Shown in pieces: positions 56,711 through 64,000 of a DNA stretch of 64,000 nucleotides (the first letter of the stretch is position 1; the number at the start of each line of letters is the position of its first letter). Where the stretch lies: the IMG/VR virus record IMGVR_UViG_3300010371_000030, positions 32,001-96,000 of that record, one strand, 5' to 3'. A program made the translations under genes and the position numbers. This DNA comes from a virus. Under the pieces are notes generated by a model, which searched no databases, was not told the DNA's origin, and saw nothing but the letters and a program-made list of their open reading frames with translations.

Positions 56711-57156
56711 GCCTCCGAGTCTAGCGGATTGCCTGACACGTCTGTGTATCCCTTGACGAACACGGCGATGTCGACGTCGTACCTGGGACGCCAAGTCTGG
56801 CTACCGATAGACTCCATTCCCAGCTTCCTACCTGCCATGCTTACCACGCGCACGTTACGTCTGGTGAGCTTGTCGACGAACACGGAGCCTGGATGGACCA
56901 CGAGCGTTCCGACGCGCTCCCAAGCGTCATCGATTCGTACGTGTATGCCGCCATACGCTGTGGTGATTGAGCCGTCGCCAACCACGGTGTCCTCGAACAG
57001 CACGAGGTATGCCGGGTTGGCGGGGTCGCACCACGGCGCGCCTCGCCGGATCACCGTCCCCTTCGGCCATCGGTCTTGCGACAGACGCGTTCGGAGCGCT
57101 TCCAGCCTCACGTCGGGCACCGAAGCGTACAGAAGCATCGGCCCGTCAGTCCGCAC
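56707..57156 (-). CDS. Hypothetical protein
   Basis: 149-aa ORF fitting the operon. Confidence 0.45.
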   Translation of the reverse strand: MRTDGPMLLYASVPDVRLEALRTRLSQDRWPKGTVIRRGAPWCDPANPAYLVLFEDTVVGDGSITTAYGGIHVRIDDAWERVGTLVVHPGSVFVDKLTRRNVRVVSMAGRKLGMESIGSQTWRPRYDVDIAVFVKGYTDVSGNPLDSEA

Positions 57157-57459
57157 CTAGGCTGGCACAAGTCACACGAGACGATGACGTTGCCGTGGTT
57201 ACAGATGTTAGCGGCGAGCGCCTTCTGTACGTCGCCTTCGGCCGCTTGTTCGCTGGCATTCGGACCGGAAGGCGGAGCCGGGCGAGGCGGCCCCGCCGCT
57301 GCTGGATCGGCATCGAGCGCCTTGTCGCGGGCGTCTTCCTCACCCGGCTGTACGCCGTGTGCCTCCGGCACGCCATCTGTCGACATCGTGGGCTTGCCCG
57401 TGATCTGGAAGTCGCCCGCCGCGATGCCCTGTTCGACCGTTTTGACGATGTCTCCAATG

Positions 57460-58026
57460 TCACCCATGGTATCCTCGCGCACATCCATCCACCGTCAGGG
57501 ACGTAGGATTGTGTTCACAGTAGATGGCGACATTCTCGTACACGACACCAGGCCCATACACGAAATGTCGATACAGACGAAACTGACGATGTCGTTCAAA
57601 CATGTGGAACTTCGCTTGATCGTCGGCCCAATCCAGGCTTCGACGATTCGAGCGGCCATCGGGCAGCGCCATCATTTCACCATAGTATCCACAACGCTCG
57701 ATGTGCCCATCGAATTCGATGAAGCACGGGATTCCGCTCGGCTCGGGCGTGACCGCCGGGAAGCGCCGTCCCGGCAGCTCGTGAGGGAGGAATACGATGC
57801 TGACGCCCGGTGGAACCACGAATGCGTTGCTGTAAGTTTCTGTGTATGCCCGATGTACCTTGTGGATGTAGTCCGTGTCTTCAAAACTCTGCGAACCACT
57901 GAGCACGAACGCAGGCAGCGGTCTGTTAATGTCGATGCGAGCATCGTTCGGACCGACGGGGTTGTCATCCTCGTCATCGGTCTGCGCTGCCGCGGCAGCG
58001 CGTCGGCGGAGCTCATCGAGGTCCAT
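57460..58026 (-). CDS. Hypothetical protein
   Basis: 188-aa ORF. Confidence 0.5.
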   Translation of the reverse strand: MDLDELRRRAAAAAQTDDEDDNPVGPNDARIDINRPLPAFVLSGSQSFEDTDYIHKVHRAYTETYSNAFVVPPGVSIVFLPHELPGRRFPAVTPEPSGIPCFIEFDGHIERCGYYGEMMALPDGRSNRRSLDWADDQAKFHMFERHRQFRLYRHFVYGPGVVYENVAIYCEHNPTSLTVDGCARGYHG

Positions 58027-58138
58027 CGATCACGAGGCCATAGCGGCGGTGTCGGGTTGACAGCAGGAGGGGCGCGGGCCCATCGGGCGCTCCCTACGCG
58101 TGGAGCGCTCGGGAGGCTGTCACGGCGGTGTCACGCCG

Positions 58139-58648
58139 TCAGAAGGATGTACAGATGCGCAGAACGTTGGCGCACGGCGGCGGCCAGATGTCGGGGCCCC
58201 AGCATTCCACCCCGCCGCCACCGCCCATCGGGCAGCACTGGCCACATTCCATGCCGAGAACACAATCGCAGGCCGACGTACACGTGTTGGCGTTCATCGT
58301 CGGCCTGGCGCAAGCGTCGGGCGATTCGTCGATGCTCGCATCGCCTGCGTCCATCGGGTCGCCCGCGTCACTTCCGCCATCCGCCTCATCAGCGGCATCG
58401 CTGGAGGCATCGACAGCGGAGGCATCCGACTCTTCCATTCCAGCGTCGCCCGCGTCGGCGCTCGCCTTCCCGGCATCGACCACAGGAGCGGCATCCACCT
58501 CGGGCTCGCCGCCGTCGTTGTGCTCGTGTACGCCCGCGCCGTGCGTTGTGCTTGGCGGAGCAAACAGAGCGTCGATGTCGCCAGACAGCCCGCAGCCGAC
58601 CAACGACATCGTGAGGAGCAGCGAGAGTGCGAATGGCTTGTGGTTCAT
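58139..58648 (-). CDS. Lipoprotein with DAG/DAS repeats and Cys-rich C-terminal domain
   Basis: Lipobox LVGC; VDAGKASADAGDAG...; C-terminal CTSACDC...CGQCC...C. Confidence 0.75.
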   Translation of the reverse strand: MNHKPFALSLLLTMSLVGCGLSGDIDALFAPPSTTHGAGVHEHNDGGEPEVDAAPVVDAGKASADAGDAGMEESDASAVDASSDAADEADGGSDAGDPMDAGDASIDESPDACARPTMNANTCTSACDCVLGMECGQCCPMGGGGGVECWGPDIWPPPCANVLRICTSF

Positions 58649-58689
58649 ACGCGTCCCCTACGGCCAATTGGGACGCGTCGCTGAGTGTG

Positions 58690-58926
58690 TCAGCTTTTAC
58701 GTTCGCGACGTACGCTCAACGGAACCACGTTTGGTGGCGGAGCGCGCATCTCTGCCGACTCGGAATCGAGCCCGCGTTGTAGATACTGTCTGGCCAAGAC
58801 AGCCACGGTTACGCCGCGGCGTGCGGCCACTCGCATGAGCAGCCGATCCATGTCTTCTGTGAGGCAGATCGTTCGCGCTTCGGGATAGCGCTCGGGCGAC
58901 GCCTTGGCCAGCCCGGGGCGCCTCAT
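58690..58926 (-). CDS. Ribbon-helix-helix (CopG-like) regulator
   Basis: RTICLTEDMDRLLMRVAARRGVTVAVLARQYLQRGL. Confidence 0.7.
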   Translation of the reverse strand: MRRPGLAKASPERYPEARTICLTEDMDRLLMRVAARRGVTVAVLARQYLQRGLDSESAEMRAPPPNVVPLSVRRERKS

Positions 58927-59139
58927 CCCCAGTGCCCGTATCCGTGGACGCGCATCACCTGGATGCCAGCGATGAGCACGGCGACGAACAGGCACATGTA
59001 CATCACGATGGTTACAGGAAGGAACCACCGATTGCCGCGCCATCGCACCCAAGTAGTCACTGCTCGCAGTCTCAGCTCCAGCATAGCCCCCATCTCCTTT
59101 GGTTGGACTGATAGGGCCGTCCGGGGCGGCTCGCTGTGG

Positions 59140-60285
59140 CTACTCCGCGCCGCAGTTCAAGCGCATGGAGCCGACCCAAATGACGGTGTCGTACGTGTAC
59201 GTGCCGGCGGTAAGCCCGAACACGGACAGCGAAGTGGAAGAGCTGATGACGAGGCTGCCGCCGGTCAGCGTGCTATCCGTCAGCACGATCTTGTTCCCGC
59301 CCGAGCCTCCGACGGCGGCAGTCATCGACGGCCACGTGGACTCGATGGCAGCCAATACTGCTGGCCCGTTGGCGGACGTCGTGCTGCCATTGAACGTCAG
59401 CGTAGTGCTGCCACCGCCATTGACGTTCATCGTGAGCGCCTTACCATCGAGCGTTCCGCCCATTCCGAACAGCGAGCCAGACGTGACGTCGTTGGTCCCG
59501 GTCGTGCCGATCTTCGGACCCTGGATGGCCGCGACGAAGTATCCACCGCCATAGGTGATAGCAGCTCCAGCGCCGTATCCGATGTTGTTGATGAGCGTCG
59601 GACTTGCGACGGATCCATACGCCGTCATCGATCCACCGTCCGATGGATTGATGTCGAAGTATCCATCCGGAGTAGCCAGCGAGATGGCGCCTCCAGTCGA
59701 CGTATCGACAGCCACCACATCCACACGAGCGGAGCAGAAGTCACCGCTTGTAGACACGGGCAGGACCATCACGGACTGATTGCTCGCATCCATGGTCGTG
59801 ACGCGCCCCGACGTACGCCGCTCGGTGCCGTCGACCAGCGACGCCAGGCCTTCTGTCGGCACCGGGAGCACGAGCTGCTGGGTGATCTCCATCACGCCGG
59901 GAACGCCCGCGTCCAGCTCCGTGACGCCCTGGATGGACATGGTAGCGTTGGATTGGTCCCAGAGCAGCGGCGCGACTGCCGAGGTAGGCAGACTGTAGTA
60001 GCCAGGCGGAAGCGTTCGCGTGGACATGCCGATGGGCCGAGGTGACGGCGCTCCGGCATCGGCAGGCTCGGACGGGCACGAGCACGCAGGGCACGACGTC
60101 GGCGCCGCAGAGGTGACAGGCGAGGCGGAGGCGACCGTCAGTTGCGGCGTGCCGTAGCGCGTGTGGAGGATGTTCGAGACGATCGCCAGGATCAGCGCGA
60201 TGACCGTGCCGACCACGTGGATGAACTGGCGACGGCGGGCGATGTCTTCGGGCGAGGGCTTGTTGTCTTCGGGCTTCGTGTCCAT
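59140..60285 (-). CDS. Membrane-anchored protein with large Gly/Thr/Ser-rich beta domain
   Basis: AAGGAG RBS, RRR followed by a TM helix, CPACSCP linker. Confidence 0.7.
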   Translation of the reverse strand: MDTKPEDNKPSPEDIARRRQFIHVVGTVIALILAIVSNILHTRYGTPQLTVASASPVTSAAPTSCPACSCPSEPADAGAPSPRPIGMSTRTLPPGYYSLPTSAVAPLLWDQSNATMSIQGVTELDAGVPGVMEITQQLVLPVPTEGLASLVDGTERRTSGRVTTMDASNQSVMVLPVSTSGDFCSARVDVVAVDTSTGGAISLATPDGYFDINPSDGGSMTAYGSVASPTLINNIGYGAGAAITYGGGYFVAAIQGPKIGTTGTNDVTSGSLFGMGGTLDGKALTMNVNGGGSTTLTFNGSTTSANGPAVLAAIESTWPSMTAAVGGSGGNKIVLTDSTLTGGSLVISSSTSLSVFGLTAGTYTYDTVIWVGSMRLNCGAE

Positions 60286-60298
60286 CGTACTCTCCTTG

Positions 60299-60787
60299 TC
60301 AGCTCAGCGAAGGCGTCTGTGCGATGTTGATCTCCACGCGCATCGACCAGTTGATGTTCCGACTGGCCATGCCCGTGATCTCAATCTCCAGGGAGCTTTC
60401 GCCGTCGCGATTGTAGTACATGTTCGTGACGCCGGCCGGGACGCTGTCGCCGGTGAACGTGGAAGCCTTCAGCGGCGCTCCGCCCGCTCCCGGGTTGAAC
60501 GTGCCACCGAACGTGTCGAATGGTCCATAGCTGTAGTTGGAAAAGCTATGGCTACCATCGTTGCCAGCCAAGTCGATTGCGATCGACCCGCACGCGGAAG
60601 CGGGGATGGGAAACTTGGCCATGATGATCGGCGTAGCATCCGGCGTGCTTGCCTTGGCGATGATCCGGGAAGGGACCGCCGGAATGTCAGCGATGTCGCC
60701 GCCATCGCCGAACACGATGTTGCCGAGCGCATCGACCCAGACGATGATCTTGCTGCTCCATTGGAGCAGGACGGTAGGAGAGCCCAT
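60299..60787 (-). CDS. Hypothetical beta-rich protein
   Basis: 162 aa with GGAG RBS. Confidence 0.55.
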   Translation of the reverse strand: MGSPTVLLQWSSKIIVWVDALGNIVFGDGGDIADIPAVPSRIIAKASTPDATPIIMAKFPIPASACGSIAIDLAGNDGSHSFSNYSYGPFDTFGGTFNPGAGGAPLKASTFTGDSVPAGVTNMYYNRDGESSLEIEITGMASRNINWSMRVEINIAQTPSLS

Positions 60788-60820
60788 GACTCCAAGCGTA
60801 CTTGCCGTGCTCGGAGCGTG

Positions 60821-61684
60821 CTAGCGTCGATGTAATAAAGGCTCGGAGCGACGCTTGCGATGGAACTCACGCTTGATATGGTGACGTTTCCACGGACGAC
60901 GCGAGGCAGGGCTGCCCGGGCGAGGCGGCACACTAGGACGTCGCCACTTGGCGCGCTCCTCATTCCGAAGCAAGACGAGGTAGCCAAAGTGGAAGTCATC
61001 GAACGTCGCATCCATCTCGGTCGCCATCGACATCAGCGCTTCGCGCGTCATCGTCGACAGATCCAGCGTCGCCGCCTTGGCCGCCTCCGCCAATCGTAGA
61101 AGCATCCTGTCAATCTCTTCCTTGAGATTGTCGGGCATGCCAATGTCGTGGAGCGCCTTGGCCCACTCATGAATCCATCCAGGCACAGGCATGCCGTACC
61201 TATCCAGCTTGCCTACTTCGATGTCACGAGCGAGCTTGGCATAGGCTTCGGTGATCTCCTTGGAAAGCTCGCTCGTGGTAGTGTATCCACCCGAGTGGAT
61301 GGCGCCTCGGAGTGCTTCCGTGCGGCCTGAGCGACGGCTGCCTACACTAACGCTGATAGGCGCCGCATCCCTGATCTTCGCCAGCGTCTCGTCATCGATG
61401 TCGAATCTATCCACGATGACGAACGTTCCAGGGCGTTCGCCCTTGCGTACCATCACAGCCACGGACTTGTCGCTGCTACCAGGCTTGGCGAGATCCACCG
61501 CAATCGCGTCCACGGCGCCTTCGGGCCAAACCATCCCGTCCCTGGCAACGCGCGCCTTCAGCAACTCTTCCTGCCACGGAAGGAACTGCGGCAGAACGTC
61601 GGCCGGAGCCGGGCGCCGCTCGGGCTCCTCGGCCGCTCCCGGCAAGCCCTCCGATGCCGCCGCTCTGAGCGCTTCCAGCTTCAT
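60821..61684 (-). CDS. Hypothetical protein
   Basis: Start at MKLEALR (ATGA overlap). Confidence 0.5.
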   Translation of the reverse strand: MKLEALRAAASEGLPGAAEEPERRPAPADVLPQFLPWQEELLKARVARDGMVWPEGAVDAIAVDLAKPGSSDKSVAVMVRKGERPGTFVIVDRFDIDDETLAKIRDAAPISVSVGSRRSGRTEALRGAIHSGGYTTTSELSKEITEAYAKLARDIEVGKLDRYGMPVPGWIHEWAKALHDIGMPDNLKEEIDRMLLRLAEAAKAATLDLSTMTREALMSMATEMDATFDDFHFGYLVLLRNEERAKWRRPSVPPRPGSPASRRPWKRHHIKREFHRKRRSEPLLHRR

Positions 61685-62091
61685 CGCTTCCTGCCCGCTC
61701 CCGCCAAACGGAAGCCTGACGCCGGTCCGCTCGCTTCGTCGTCGGGAGCGGGCGTTGGCCGCGTTGGCGCCGTCGCCGCCCACGCCATCGCTTGCCGTAC
61801 GTTCTCTGCGGCTCCAAGGAAGATGGAGAACAGGTAGTGCTGATCGCCCGCTCCGGAGCGACGGGAACACGGAGCGACCAGAATCGCGTCGTGCTGGTAC
61901 TGGTACCAGCCAGGCCCTTTGAAGACAAACGGTCGCCCGTCTGGATGCAGCGTTTCCTGGGCGTGCGCGATGGTCATCTCTGCCGCCGCGTGCGCCTCCA
62001 CCAGGAGCGCGGCGACGTCCACGACGATGCGCCCGCCGTCGGGCCCGTCGATGGTAGCGTCTTGCCACTCGTTGTCACGTTCGTGTGCCAT
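61681..62091 (-). CDS. Hypothetical protein
   Basis: Start at MAHERD. Confidence 0.5.
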   Translation of the reverse strand: MAHERDNEWQDATIDGPDGGRIVVDVAALLVEAHAAAEMTIAHAQETLHPDGRPFVFKGPGWYQYQHDAILVAPCSRRSGAGDQHYLFSIFLGAAENVRQAMAWAATAPTRPTPAPDDEASGPASGFRLAGAGRKR

Positions 62092-62107
62092 GGCGTCGTG
62101 AAGCGAG

Positions 62108-62434
62108 CTAGCGGCCGGGCGGAGAGCCCGCTGGCTTCGTCGGAAAGGCGGGCGCCGTGAACGACACCGAGACGTCGATGCCCGTCGTGGGGTCCAGCGG
62201 GATGGGCTCCGCTCCTCTGTCGGCGTTGAGCGTGATGTACGTCTCGCCCACGTCCGTGACGCGCGTCTGGATGGCGCCAAGCCGCCCGAAGCGCCCGTTG
62301 ATCGTGATCTCGGGCTTCACCCCGAACATCCCCTGGAAGGCGCGGGACACTTGAGCGATCTGGGCCGCCGTCGGGGCGTCGAGCATGACGGCTCCGGCGA
62401 GCCTCGGGTGTTTCGTCTTCATTCGTCTAGACAT
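62108..62434 (-). CDS. Hypothetical protein
   Basis: 108 aa, Sm/SH3-like beta pattern. Confidence 0.45.
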   Translation of the reverse strand: MSRRMKTKHPRLAGAVMLDAPTAAQIAQVSRAFQGMFGVKPEITINGRFGRLGAIQTRVTDVGETYITLNADRGAEPIPLDPTTGIDVSVSFTAPAFPTKPAGSPPGR

Positions 62435-62987
62435 TCCCTTCCACCCCCAATCGTTACATCAGATGTTTACATACGGCGCGTGGCCTTTGGAGGACATAGC
62501 GGCGATGGACGCGTGTTCGTCAGGACGGCGGATGCTGATACATCTGAAAACCATGTTCCCGTCCGTCCGCACATCCACAATGCGCCACCTATCGCCGCCA
62601 AGAGGGTGGCGGAACACCCGCTCAAGTCGATTACCTTGTCGGGCACCCAGCCATCGCACTTCCGAACAGTCGCCCGTTCGCCTCGGGCCATCCACACATG
62701 TACTTCGGTATCATCAGATACAAGCGTGGTGTCTTGTCGCACGAGAGCCAGCCGGTTGCCCTCTTGGTTCCGCATGTTCCACAGGAACGTTCCTGCCTTC
62801 CAAACGGCCGGAGGGGGCGGAGGCGGAGGGGCGAACCTGGACCTGAACGCATCAAGCTTCACAGAATCACCTTCCTGGAACGGCTTGCCATCATCCTGCT
62901 TGGTTTCCGCCCACGACCACCCCGACCTATGACGGACGGGGCGCGCGTTGGCAGGGGACGCCGCGCTGTCACGGCGTCCCGCCTAGC

Positions 62988-63959
62988 TCACTTCCTGCGG
63001 CCGTCGCCCTTCGGGGCGCGCCTCGGAGGCGGAGGGGGCTTGTCGCTGCGCAGGTAGGTGCTGATCATCGCCAGCGGTTCCTGCGGAGCCACGAGCTCCC
63101 TTCCTCGCACATAGTCGTCGACGCTGAGTCCCGACCAAGCGGCGATCGCCGCGAGGCTGTCGACGTCGGGCCGCTTTCCCTGCGCCATGCGTGTGAGCGT
63201 CGACGCGCTGATCCCTGCCTCCTGGGCGAGCTGCTTCCAGTTCTTCCCCCTGGCGATGCGGACCGCGTCGAGAGCCGAGAAGAACGCATCGGCGTCGAAC
63301 GCCCCCGCACGGATGGCAGGCGGCTCAGTTGCAGGCGAGGACGCCGGCGGGCGAGGGGGCGCCGAGGGATGCCCCGACCCGGTGGATTTGACTCTTGCAA
63401 TTCGGTTCGCCATGTGCAATTTGACTCTAGCAACTGGCCGCTGCGGCAGCAAGCGCCCAGTGAGGAGGGGCGAAGCGGGGCGGTGGCGCAACGCCTCGAT
63501 GTCCTCAAGCGTCGCTCGGGCCATGTCCGTCGCGACGGTCGGGTTGGCCAGCAGCCACTCCTCCAGGTGCGCGAGCATCGGGATGTCGCCGTACACGATG
63601 GTGCCGTCCGCCTTCTTGGCACGCAGCTCCTGGAGCAGGATGACCTTGTCCGACAGCGTAGCGCGCGCCTCGGCCGCCCCGGTGGCCGCGTGGAACGGGT
63701 TTGGCGTCCGAGCCGGAGCGAGACGCCACGAGCCGACCTTGGCGTGTCCCACAGTCTTGATGTCGAAGTCCAGCACGCCTGCGTCGCCCATCTTCGTCAG
63801 GAGCGCGGCCAGGACGGTGATCTGCTGGCTCCGCTCCGGGGCGAGTGTGAGCGCCCCCAGACGGTCCGCTCGTGACAGCGCCTCGTGGATCTCCGCCGCG
63901 GAGTAACGCTGTGAACCCTTCGACATCTCCGCCAACGTCACGCGGATGTTGTTACGCAT
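62988..63959 (-). CDS. Transcriptional regulator with C-terminal XRE HTH
   Basis: LDAVRIARGKNWKQLAQEAGISASTLTRMAQGKRPDVDSLAAIAAWSG. Confidence 0.8.
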   Translation of the reverse strand: MRNNIRVTLAEMSKGSQRYSAAEIHEALSRADRLGALTLAPERSQQITVLAALLTKMGDAGVLDFDIKTVGHAKVGSWRLAPARTPNPFHAATGAAEARATLSDKVILLQELRAKKADGTIVYGDIPMLAHLEEWLLANPTVATDMARATLEDIEALRHRPASPLLTGRLLPQRPVARVKLHMANRIARVKSTGSGHPSAPPRPPASSPATEPPAIRAGAFDADAFFSALDAVRIARGKNWKQLAQEAGISASTLTRMAQGKRPDVDSLAAIAAWSGLSVDDYVRGRELVAPQEPLAMISTYLRSDKPPPPPRRAPKGDGRRK

Positions 63960-64000
63960 CCCCTCGGTGTCGATGGACGTCTGGCGCTGGTAGCGGCGCG

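Overview
A 64-kb slice of a large, high-GC, contractile-tailed (myovirus-type) phage or prophage. Almost every credible gene is on the minus strand. In transcription order (right to left): an accessory/early region of small hypotheticals (XRE and RHH regulators, lipoproteins, SLT-like transglycosylase, MazG-like, SLOG protein, GH24 lysozyme, dCMP deaminase); packaging and head genes (TerL, PBSX-type portal, gpF-like minor head, XkdF-like protease, scaffold, major capsid); neck, sheath, tube, chaperone, tape measure, baseplate and fibre genes; then an SF2 helicase and a lambdoid-style replication module (initiator with internal iterons, DnaC-like loader, DnaB-like helicase truncated at the left edge). 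Lipoprotein style suggests a Myxococcota host (inference). Most notable: (1) the prohead protease looks split, with its EVSLVxxPAN strand on the scaffold N-terminus; (2) an unrelated 156-aa protein shares the scaffold's C-terminal peptide, a possible capsid cargo-loading tag, and a recurrent hydrophobic-x-K-[SAG] motif marks head proteins; (3) the 4 x 22-bp iteron array recurs 41 kb away in an intergenic region; (4) a -1 frameshift joins gp26-like and gp51-like tail ORFs; (5) a single plus-strand gene has its own promoter and terminator. All protein calls come from motifs and synteny read by eye; no database search was run.
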